A DNA stretch of 64,000 nt, from positions 5,975-69,974 of the forward strand of contig JBARJF010000103.1 in assembly GCA_049800135.1 (NCBI GenBank). The letters run 5' to 3'. The DNA comes from Candidatus Sulfotelmatobacter sp. Its GTDB lineage: Bacteria > Acidobacteriota > Terriglobia > Terriglobales > Acidobacteriaceae. Made by a program: the position numbers and the translations under genes. Each line of letters opens with the position of its first letter. Position 1 is the stretch's first letter. The notes beneath the pieces were generated by a model. It was given only the letters and a program-made list of their open reading frames with translations. It did no database searches and was not told the DNA's origin. Positions 55,501 through 64,000 of the stretch are shown piece after piece.

Positions 55501-56598
55501 GGTCTGACCGCCTCCTACGACGTTTATCGTTGGGTTGGTGGTGACACAATTGGGATCGCTGCCTGGATCGCAGAGATACTTCAAATATCCCTCGCGCAGG
55601 CTCTGCGTGGGCACCTCGCGCGTCTCCTGAGCTGTATCTGCCGTGCGCTGGCCCTCATAAGCGATGAAAAAGAAAGCCCGATCTTTCTTGATGGGGCCGC
55701 CGACCGTGCCGCCAAAGGTGTTGCGCAAGATAAATCCCGGCACGTTGGGCTGGTTGCTTTCCAGTTCTGCCTGCTTGTTGAACCAGTCGTTGGCGACGGT
55801 AAAGTTGGGTCGATAGTATTCATAGATCGATCCATGCACCTTATTGGTGCCGCTCTTGGTGACCAAGTTGACTTGCGCGCCGGAAGAGCGGCCGGAATCT
55901 GCGTCATAGTTGCCGGTGGTGACGCGGAACTCCTGCAGAGAATCGAGCGTGGTGCGCATAGCGCCTTCGAAGGCATAACCTTCGAGTTGATCGTTGTCGT
56001 CTAAACCATCGAGCGTGATGTTGGTCTGGTCGCTCCGCGCTCCATTGACCGCGCCGCCGCGGCTATCGGAGTCCTGCTGATCGTTAGTGGTGTTGCCGAT
56101 GTAGGTGACGCCCGGCTGCAGGCTGAGAATCGTGACCGGGTCACGGCCTTCTGACGGCAGGTCAGTCAATTGGCGGGCATCGAAATTATTGCCCAGCGTG
56201 GCATCGGTGGTGTTCACCATTGGGGCTTCGCCGGTGACCTCGACGACCACCGAACTACCCGCCACCTGCAAGGTGAGATTCAGCGTGGCTGGATTGCTCA
56301 CCTGTAGCACGATGTTTTCGCGCTTCAGCTGCGCGAAGCCTTGCGCCTCGACGGTGACCACATAATTGGCGGGAGGAACCTCAAGAAGTTGATAGATTCC
56401 CTGGCCGTCGGTCTTGACGGTGCGGGAGAATCCGGTGGCAGCGTTGCTCAGGGTTACGCTGGCTCCCGGGATCACCAAGCCTTTGGAGTCGGAAATCTCG
56501 CCGCGCAGCGATGTGGTTGCCGATTGGGCAAAGCTCAGGGTTTGCAAAATGAGAAAGAATGCGGCCAACAATGCCAGTGCGCGTAAGCGGGAACGCAT
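52513..56598 (-). CDS. TonB-dependent receptor with an N-terminal carboxypeptidase-regulatory-like domain (second copy of this type)
   Basis: 1,361 aa. Signal peptide 'MRSRLRALALLAAFFLILQTLSFAQS' preceded by AAAGGAG. 'GEISDSKGLVIPGASVTLSNAATGFSRTVKTDGQGIYQLLEVPPANYVV'. C-terminal 'QFSMRFAF'. Confidence 0.85.
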   Translation of the reverse strand: MRSRLRALALLAAFFLILQTLSFAQSATTSLRGEISDSKGLVIPGASVTLSNAATGFSRTVKTDGQGIYQLLEVPPANYVVTVEAQGFAQLKRENIVLQVSNPATLNLTLQVAGSSVVVEVTGEAPMVNTTDATLGNNFDARQLTDLPSEGRDPVTILSLQPGVTYIGNTTNDQQDSDSRGGAVNGARSDQTNITLDGLDDNDQLEGYAFEGAMRTTLDSLQEFRVTTGNYDADSGRSSGAQVNLVTKSGTNKVHGSIYEYYRPNFTVANDWFNKQAELESNQPNVPGFILRNTFGGTVGGPIKKDRAFFFIAYEGQRTADTAQETREVPTQSLREGYLKYLCDPGSDPNCVTTNPTINVVGGGQTFAGFNIATLTPAQIAALDQGIDNPGPNNMPMGCAYNLTCPPTPGNPEGPGVNGLVADITDSANPGGANPGALFAKYPLPNSQSEGDLLNTAAYTFPGADPVKHDTYIVKLDFKLNASGTHSLFVRGNLQNDHESQPPQFPGQPPYDFLTNNSKGIAAGYTALINNNLINNFRYAFIRQGIGTGGLNSQDFVTFRGLDDTQALASQTILTNVPVHNFVDDVSWTRGTHTIQFGTNWRLIHNNRESNAQNISTAYSNLYWLDPSFIAGQDVSLDPSQFDSSSKTPGPYPDVDNGFGTSYSFAAMDVAGILSETYTEANQNKSGQQIPNGELVPRHFQNFEGEMYLQDKWNVTPNLVLTYGARYSLLQPPFENTGNQVAPTVNMDQWFKTRGEQAALGNVVQPDLTFALSGQANGGKPYWAWDYKNLAPRFAVAYSPHAASGFWHSVFGDTGKSSIRAGYGIYFDHFGEGVVNTFDRNGSWGLTSTFSNPAGVSTVDDSPRYTGLLGLANLPASEISPSPSGFPYTPPGNPNTYGLAIAWGIDDHLRTPYSEVIDFSITREFAHDFVLETTYTGRFARRLLQEVDLAQPLNLVDPKSGTSYFQAAQQFHNAAATNTPINNIKPIPYWQDLFPQASGSGLLSGTSPTTPCSPGLAPSSPTATQNMYDLFYCFAGNETTAQEIADVFCFPACAGTATGTNQYGYGPGTAYRYYQDQFSSLYAWQTRSPSNYNALQVTLRHAMSAGLQFDLNYVYSKSIDESSNAERVNGFEAAGGVAYNDQAINAWSPDLWRAVSDFDTTHQINFNTIWDVPYGKNRRWSSSNRFVNSVLGGWGLSGLGRWTSGFPFSVSAGDGWSTNFELEGTSFLIGPKPKTGVYIDSSGNPNAFQNSQSIQCYCPYAPTGTGPVLFRDTAPGEAGQRNIFRGPGFFSIDGGLSKTWNLNESRLIRFSWEVFNVTNSVRFDAANAVDNEDLVDITSFGTFQRTLTTPRVMQFSMRFAF

Positions 56599-56798
56599 GG
56601 AGATGCTCCTTTACCCGGGAGGGCGTTACATGGACGTTCTTCGCCCAGGAACTTACAATGCAAGACCCTGGGGACCTGATGGGGCGATATTGTGCAACTA
56701 CTGGGCCACAATGTTCAAGGATAATCTTCAACGTTTCGAGCGTCTTGAGAGGCTTGCATACACCGTTTCACATAAGTGTTCCAGATTTGGGAGCCTGT

Positions 56799-58280
56799 TC
56801 ATGCGGGTTTTTGATCGGTGCGATAGGATTTGCCGATGAATAGCGCTGCGGCCATGACTATGACCACGGGATAACATTCGAGCGTATAGCGCGTTTCTGG
56901 ATTCTCCAGAGTTCCGAGGAAGAGCGAGCGCAGCACGAGAAACAAGACCAGGAATCCCATGCCGGATAATTCGCGCGAGCGCATCAGGCCGGCCGCGGCT
57001 GCTCCGACATAGCCTAAGTTCAACAAGCCGAAAACGATGCTCACGGTGAGCCAGGAAGCCTCGTCGTTGAACTCCCACCAGCGCGGGTCAGAGGGCAGCA
57101 TCTCGGTTCGCGGCCGCAGCCACATATCGCTGATCCGCAGAGCGGGAAGCCACACATAGTAGCGCAAGGGCGCGGCATGAATGCGGGCCGCGGCCAGGGC
57201 GGCAAAACGGGCATCGAGTTCGGGAGTTACCTCATTATGATCGCTGTTGTAGTCGGCGAACAGTTGCTCCGTTTCCCTCCGCTGCGCCGGCGAATCAAAG
57301 GCACGCCGCGGCAAGCGGGAGATGTCGAGGACGGAGCCGGGGACGTTCCAGTAAATCTCCTGCACCGAGGTGTAATCCGCAATCCAGGTTTTCGTCCAGC
57401 GATTGAATCCCGCCATCACCGGTTCATCGGGATCGTTGGCATAGCGGGGCGCGAGTGGTTCGAAGCGGTGCAGGGTGTGCAGGTTGCGCAGTGTCCACGG
57501 GACCAGGGGGGCGAAGGCGCCGATGGTCAGCAATAATCCCGCACCCAGGATCGGACCAACGCTTGGCGCACGGGCCACCCCTCCGGCGATCCCCGCCAAG
57601 AACTGCCGCAGAAGAATGAGGAATAAGTACAGGCCGATGACGCCGAATAGAATGCCACCGTCCGGCCGCAAGAGAATACATGCCCCAACCGAAAGGCCGC
57701 ATCCCAGCCATATTACCGGTGTCCGCTCCGAACCTGAGCCATGGCTAAGCCTTGCAAGTCCGCAAACGGTTAGATCCAGCGCCAATGCGGTAAAGAAAAT
57801 CTCCAAAGTTTCAGTAAGCGCGGCCGCGGCGTAGTTGGCCAGGAACGGGCAAAGTGCGGTGAGCAGGAACGCCGCCTTCGCCGCCCGCTCGGAGAGCATT
57901 CGCCGGGCGAGATCGGCAACCAGCAAGCACGTTCCTAAATCGAAGAACACTTGGATCAGCAGGACCGCGCGGAAATTATTCAATCCGAAGACGGCGAAAA
58001 TCGCCGCTAGAAACGCTGGATACCCGGGCAGCCGCGAGAAAGTTGGCATGAGCCGGCCGGAATTGGTGATGGCATAGACGCCATGCTGCAGCCAGTTCGT
58101 GGCGATATCGGCATAGAGCCGCGAATCATCCACCACGCCGGGAAAACAAAACACAAAGACCAGCCGCAGCGTTAGCGCCGCCAGGCTCGCCCCGAAAAAG
58201 AACCGAGCATTCTTCCGCACCAGCTCCAGCACGCTGAGAATATACGCGCATGCGGTCATCTTCTGGGTGAGAAACTGCAT
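56799..58280 (-). CDS. GT-C fold glycosyltransferase (ArnT/PMT-like, GT39/GT83-type)
   Basis: 493 aa with ~11 TM helices. First-loop acidic motif 'PGVVDDSRLYADIA'. 'SRLPGYPAFLAAIF' is typical of ArnT-like enzymes. Confidence 0.7.
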   Translation of the reverse strand: MQFLTQKMTACAYILSVLELVRKNARFFFGASLAALTLRLVFVFCFPGVVDDSRLYADIATNWLQHGVYAITNSGRLMPTFSRLPGYPAFLAAIFAVFGLNNFRAVLLIQVFFDLGTCLLVADLARRMLSERAAKAAFLLTALCPFLANYAAAALTETLEIFFTALALDLTVCGLARLSHGSGSERTPVIWLGCGLSVGACILLRPDGGILFGVIGLYLFLILLRQFLAGIAGGVARAPSVGPILGAGLLLTIGAFAPLVPWTLRNLHTLHRFEPLAPRYANDPDEPVMAGFNRWTKTWIADYTSVQEIYWNVPGSVLDISRLPRRAFDSPAQRRETEQLFADYNSDHNEVTPELDARFAALAAARIHAAPLRYYVWLPALRISDMWLRPRTEMLPSDPRWWEFNDEASWLTVSIVFGLLNLGYVGAAAAGLMRSRELSGMGFLVLFLVLRSLFLGTLENPETRYTLECYPVVIVMAAALFIGKSYRTDQKPA

Positions 58281-58369
58281 CTTAGGAGCGAAGGACTGCT
58301 GGTTTTCCCCTGCCCCACCGAGAATTGACCGTCCGCGGCCCGCGGCATACGATGAACCATTAACGCTCC

Positions 58370-61300
58370 ATGCCCGAACCTGTCTTTTACGATCCGCAAC
58401 GCGCTCGTTGGAAGCGCCTGAGGCGTCTGGTTGACGCGGCCGTCGCAGCCTTTTCGGTGTTGGTTATTTTTTTTGTGTACACCACGTTGCGCGACGAGCG
58501 CCTGCCTGAGCTGCTATTTTCTCCGCAGAAGCGCGCCTTCAAGGCCTTGAAAGAGAATGAGAAGGCAAAGGCCCGTGAACGCCACGGCAAGCTGGCCAGC
58601 CGGCCCCACCGCAAGTCGAAGTTGCCGGCTTCCGAGGTCAAGCTAAACCAGGAAGAAGGCATCCGCGCGGCCTTCTACGTTCCCTGGGACGCCGCGAGTT
58701 TTTCCTCGCTGCGCGATTATGCCCGCCAGATCGATATGCTTTATCCCGACTGGCTCCACGTGCTCACCTCCGACGGTCGCCTGCAGGCTGTGGACGACCA
58801 GACCAACAAGTTTTTCGATGTAGTGCAAAACAATCGAGTACGCTCGGTCGACGACCGGGTCATGCCCTTTCTCAACGCCGACGACACCAACATGGAAGTG
58901 TTCCCCATGGTGAACAACTTCGACGGCACCGACTGGGTGGGCGGAATCACCGACTTTCTGAACAATCCCAGCGCTCGCGCTCTGTTTTGCCGGCAGGTGG
59001 AGATGTTTCTGGCCAGCGGCCGCTTCCGCGGATTGATGGTGGATTTTGAGGCCTTCCCCAGTGTCGGGCAGCCCGGCTATATTGCCCTGCTGAACCAACT
59101 CTCGGCCGACCTGCATGCCCGCGGCATGAAGCTTTATGTCAGCGTTCCCCCGCACAATGAGGAATTCAACTACGCCGCGATCGCGGCCCCCGTGGACGGC
59201 GTGGTGGTCATGAATTATGACGAGCACTATCCCGGCGCGCCGTCGGGCCCGGTCGCTTCCCAGGATTGGTTTGTCAATAATCTTAAATTCGCCGTCAGCG
59301 TCATCCCTCGGGACAAGCTCATCTGCGCCATCGCCAACTACGGCTACGACTGGGTGCTCAAACCCAAGAAGGGCAAACTCCCTCCCGATGAAAAAGACCA
59401 CAGCGTCTCGGTGCAGGAAGCCTGGCTGGCGGCACGCGATTCCGATGAAGACGTTACCTTCGACGATGATGCCCTGAATCCCCATTTCAGCTATCTGGAC
59501 GAGCGCAACCTGCGCCACGACGTCTGGTTCCTCGATGCGGTTACGGCCTTAAACCACATGCGGGCCGCGCAAACCTTGGGCATCCAGACGTTCGCTTTGT
59601 GGCGGCTCGGCGGTGAGGACCGGACTCTGTGGCGCGTGTGGGATGTTCCCGGCGACCCCGGCGCTGCCAATAAGCTGCGGGACGCGCCTCCCGGCCAGGA
59701 CGTGGACATGGAGGGCCAGGGCGAGATCCTTCGCATCGAGGCCCGGCCCAGCCATGGCATTCGCGACCTTACCATCGACCCCAAGACCAAGTTGATCACC
59801 GACGAGAATTTTCAGAGCCTGCCGGAGCCTTACCGCGTGGGCCGTTACGGTTACAGCCCGAATGAAGTGGCGCTCACCTTCGATGATGGCCCCGATCCCG
59901 AGTGGACGCCCAAGATTCTGGACGTGTTGAAGCGCGAGCATGCGCCCGCCACATTTTTCCTCATCGGCATTCAGACGGACAAGTTCTCAAGCCTGGCGCA
60001 ACGCATTTATAACGAAGGCCATACCATCGGGAATCACACCTTCACCCATCCCGACGTGAGTGATATTTCGTCAACCTACATGAAGGTGGAGTTGAATCTT
60101 ACCGAACGGCTGTTTGCCAGCCTCATGGGAATTCGGGCGACGCTGCTGCGTCCACCCTATGCCATCGACGAGGAGCCGGACACCGCCGACCAGGTGAGGC
60201 CGCTTGAGTTCGCGCAAGACATGGGCTACATCACCGTCGGCAACCGGATCGACCCCAACGATTGGAGCGACAAGGTTCCGGCTGCAAACGGCGGCACGCG
60301 TCACCATACCGCGGAAGAGATTTCTTCCTACGTGCTGGCGCATCTGCCCCCTTGCGCCGCCAGCGATCTACGCTGCGGCAATATCGTGCTTCTGCATGAC
60401 GGCGGCGGAGATCGCTCCCAGACGGTTCGGGCTCTGCCCATGATTATCGAGGGCATTCGCGCTCGAGGGTACAAGATTGTCCCCGTTTTTCAGCTATTCG
60501 GCAAGACCCGCGCCGAGGTGATGGCTCCTTTGACCGCCCGGGAGCGCTGGGCTGCGCGCCTTGATGGGCTGGGCTTCTGGCTGTTCGACGTACTCGTTAT
60601 AGGCATCGCCTCGATTTTTTTCGTCGGCGATCTTCTTATGACCGGCCGCCTGCTGTTTATCGGTACCGCCGCCATTTACGATCGTTTGCGAGAGAATATT
60701 TCCGGCCCGCCCTCCGAGGTCGCTTCTTACCAGCCCAAAGTAGCGGTTCTCATTCCCGCCTACAACGAAGAGAAAGTGATTGTGCGCACGGTGCGCGCCG
60801 CGCTCAATTCCAACTATCCCGACCTGCGGGTGATCGTAATCGATGATGGCTCCCGTGACCGCACCCTCGAAGTCGCGCGCGCGGCCTTTGCCAGCGAGGA
60901 GTCTGCCGGCAAAGTGCTGATTCTTACCAAACCGAACGCCGGCAAGGCGGAGGCTCTGAACTACGGCATCGAACATCTTGAAGACGCCGAGCTCTTCGTA
61001 GGCATCGACGCTGATACCATCATCGCCAATGACGCTATCTCGCGTTTGGTTCCGCATTTCATCAATCCCAAGGTCGGCGCCATCGCGGGCAATGCCAAGG
61101 TTGGGAACCGCGTGAATCTGTGGACCCGCTGGCAGGCCCTGGAATACATCACCAGCCAGAACTTTGAGCGCCGCGCTTTGGATGTTCTCGGCGCGGTCAG
61201 CGTGGTGCCGGGCGCGATCGGCGCCTGGCGGGTTTCCGCCGTGCGCGAGGCCGGCGGCTACCACCTCGATACCGTCGCCGAAGACGCAGATCTGACCATG

Positions 61301-61900
61301 GCTTTGTTGCGCCGCGCCTACCGCGTGGAATATGAGGACATGGCGCTCGCCTATACCGAAGCTCCCACTAACGCCAACGGCCTGATGCGCCAGCGTTTTC
61401 GCTGGTCCTTCGGCGTCCTTCAGGCCGTGTACAAACACCGGGGAGTGTTTGCGCGCAAGGGAGTGTTGGGCCTGGTTGCGCTTCCCAACATCGTGATCTT
61501 CCAGATCATGCTGCCCCTGGTCTCGCCGCTCATCGACATCATGTTCGCCGTCGGCGCCATTTGGTATTTTGTCCAGAAACACTTCCACCCCGATTCCACG
61601 GACCCCGCCAGCTTTCACAAGCTGGTCGCATTCTTCTTCGTGTTCCTGGTGATTGATTTCCTGGCCTCGGCCCTGGCGTTCGCGCTTGAGCGCCGCCGGC
61701 CCGACGATAAAGAAGACGTGTGGCTGTTGAGCCAGGTCTGGCTGCAGCGCTTCGCCTACCGCCAGCTGTTTTCCGTCGTCTTATTCAAGACGCTCAAGCG
61801 CGCTCTGGAAGGCCGCAGGTTTGCCTGGGACAAACTGGAGCGCACCGCCGCGGTGAAGTATGTTCCGTCGGAGAATAGGGAGGAGGTGAACGTGCCGTAG
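58370..61900 (+). CDS. Tri-domain exopolysaccharide enzyme: GH18-like domain + CE4 (NodB) polysaccharide deacetylase + processive GT2 synthase (PgaC/IcaA/NodC-like)
   Basis: N-terminal TM helix. GH18/YaaH-like region (~res 95-420) with 'GLMVDFEAF' and 'DGVVVMNYDEHY'. CE4 region (~res 500-707) with 'ALTFDDGPD', 'GNHTFTHP', 'LLRPPY', 'VLLHDGG'. TM helices follow. GT2 region (~res 790-1010) with 'VLIPAYNEE', 'VIDDGSRD', 'GIDADT', 'VAEDADLT', 'QRFRWSFG'. C-terminal TM helices. Confidence 0.9.
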   Translation: MPEPVFYDPQRARWKRLRRLVDAAVAAFSVLVIFFVYTTLRDERLPELLFSPQKRAFKALKENEKAKARERHGKLASRPHRKSKLPASEVKLNQEEGIRAAFYVPWDAASFSSLRDYARQIDMLYPDWLHVLTSDGRLQAVDDQTNKFFDVVQNNRVRSVDDRVMPFLNADDTNMEVFPMVNNFDGTDWVGGITDFLNNPSARALFCRQVEMFLASGRFRGLMVDFEAFPSVGQPGYIALLNQLSADLHARGMKLYVSVPPHNEEFNYAAIAAPVDGVVVMNYDEHYPGAPSGPVASQDWFVNNLKFAVSVIPRDKLICAIANYGYDWVLKPKKGKLPPDEKDHSVSVQEAWLAARDSDEDVTFDDDALNPHFSYLDERNLRHDVWFLDAVTALNHMRAAQTLGIQTFALWRLGGEDRTLWRVWDVPGDPGAANKLRDAPPGQDVDMEGQGEILRIEARPSHGIRDLTIDPKTKLITDENFQSLPEPYRVGRYGYSPNEVALTFDDGPDPEWTPKILDVLKREHAPATFFLIGIQTDKFSSLAQRIYNEGHTIGNHTFTHPDVSDISSTYMKVELNLTERLFASLMGIRATLLRPPYAIDEEPDTADQVRPLEFAQDMGYITVGNRIDPNDWSDKVPAANGGTRHHTAEEISSYVLAHLPPCAASDLRCGNIVLLHDGGGDRSQTVRALPMIIEGIRARGYKIVPVFQLFGKTRAEVMAPLTARERWAARLDGLGFWLFDVLVIGIASIFFVGDLLMTGRLLFIGTAAIYDRLRENISGPPSEVASYQPKVAVLIPAYNEEKVIVRTVRAALNSNYPDLRVIVIDDGSRDRTLEVARAAFASEESAGKVLILTKPNAGKAEALNYGIEHLEDAELFVGIDADTIIANDAISRLVPHFINPKVGAIAGNAKVGNRVNLWTRWQALEYITSQNFERRALDVLGAVSVVPGAIGAWRVSAVREAGGYHLDTVAEDADLTMALLRRAYRVEYEDMALAYTEAPTNANGLMRQRFRWSFGVLQAVYKHRGVFARKGVLGLVALPNIVIFQIMLPLVSPLIDIMFAVGAIWYFVQKHFHPDSTDPASFHKLVAFFFVFLVIDFLASALAFALERRRPDDKEDVWLLSQVWLQRFAYRQLFSVVLFKTLKRALEGRRFAWDKLERTAAVKYVPSENREEVNVP

Positions 61901-61935
61901 GGGGTCTGCCGGACGCCGTTCTCGGTTGGCGCTTG

Positions 61936-62346
61936 CTAGGAGCCGCTCTTTTCTGCCACGTCTAACCGAGTCTCCGCCTTGCGCAACGCATTCAAAGACC
62001 GTTCCACATCGATGTTGGGATCGCCGCTCGCCAGTCGCTCCTCGGCCCGCGCTTTGGCTTTGCCCGCGCGGTCCACGTCAATCTCCGCCGGACGCTCCGC
62101 AGTCTCGGCCAGAATAGTCACCTTATCCGGCAGCACTTCGGCGAATCCCCAGGCCACCGCGAGGCGCTGTTCCTCGGCTCCGGCGCGGAACGTGATTTCG
62201 CCCACCGCCAGTTCGGTAATGAGCGGCGCATGCCCCGGCAGCACGCCCATATACCCGTCTTTGCCGGGAATCTGAATTTCTTCCGCCGCCAGGTCGACAA
62301 CTTTCTTTTCCGGCGTGACGATCTCGAGTTGGAAACTGTCTGGCAT
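61936..62346 (-). CDS. atpC: F1 ATP synthase epsilon subunit
   Basis: 'MPDSFQLEIVTPEKKV...IPGKDGYMGVLPGHAPLIT'. An alternative ATG exists at 62361. Downstream of atpD. Confidence 0.9.
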   Translation of the reverse strand: MPDSFQLEIVTPEKKVVDLAAEEIQIPGKDGYMGVLPGHAPLITELAVGEITFRAGAEEQRLAVAWGFAEVLPDKVTILAETAERPAEIDVDRAGKAKARAEERLASGDPNIDVERSLNALRKAETRLDVAEKSGS

Positions 62347-62463
62347 TTGGTCGTTGCTCATTAGTCGTTTGCAAAATCGCCGCTCCGCTGGTGTGTCGTC
62401 CGCGGGCCCGGAGAGTTTGGGCAACCACTAACGACCAGCGACCAACGACGATTTCTACGCTTT

Positions 62464-63912
<1,449 letters not shown>

Positions 63913-63943
63913 TCAGTTCCAGCAATTCGCACTGGGCAGATGG

Positions 63944-64000
63944 CATTTAGCCGGTTCAAGGCTTCTGGCCGCTCTCGCAACCATTGCGAGCGGCTAAATG
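63944..64000. other. Nested inverted repeat upstream of atpD at the window edge
   Basis: CATTTAGCCG (63944-63953) pairs with CGGCTAAATG (63991-64000). An inner stem GCCGCTCTCGCAA / TTGCGAGCGGC has one bulged base. No atpG-like reading frame ends in 63907-64000. Confidence 0.3.

Overview
This is a GC-rich chromosomal segment. I read it as an Acidobacteriota (Terriglobia-type) genome. That call is an inference from two >1,270-aa CarboxypepD_reg-type TonB-dependent receptors, many secreted peptidases and characteristic REP-like intergenic repeats. About 50 protein genes can be supported.

Housekeeping genes:
- mrcA, and an aroC-def-fmt-rsmB string
- hslVU, serS, pyrD, msrA, pruA/rocA and hbd
- atpD-atpC

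Envelope and secreted functions:
- S41-like, MA-like, M1, S9 and S8 peptidases
- two giant TonB-dependent receptors
- a GT-C glycosyltransferase
- a 1,176-aa GH18-like/CE4/GT2 fusion

I recognised no rRNA, tRNA, CRISPR array, prophage or known defence system.

Items most worth follow-up:
1. A secreted subtilase ends in seven perfect ALWGSN hexapeptide repeats that are written with different synonymous codons.
2. One polypeptide fuses a GH18-like domain, a polysaccharide deacetylase and a processive GT2 synthase. It is divergently paired with a GT-C enzyme.
3. Several proteins look catalytically or phospho-dead:
   - an S41 protease homologue next to PBP1A
   - two NarL-type pseudo-receivers
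   - a SpoIIE/PP2C-like protein
   - a truncated CheB remnant
4. An IS200-like RAYT gene is bracketed exactly by 90-nt inverted REP-bearing repeats.
5. Two copies of a ~240-nt hairpin-rich repeat flank a small, GC-poorer gene.
6. A loose c-di-GMP neighbourhood contains an HD-GYP-GAF protein, a PilZ protein and a pseudo-receiver LuxR regulator.

All calls come from reading the sequence and motifs by eye. No database search was run.
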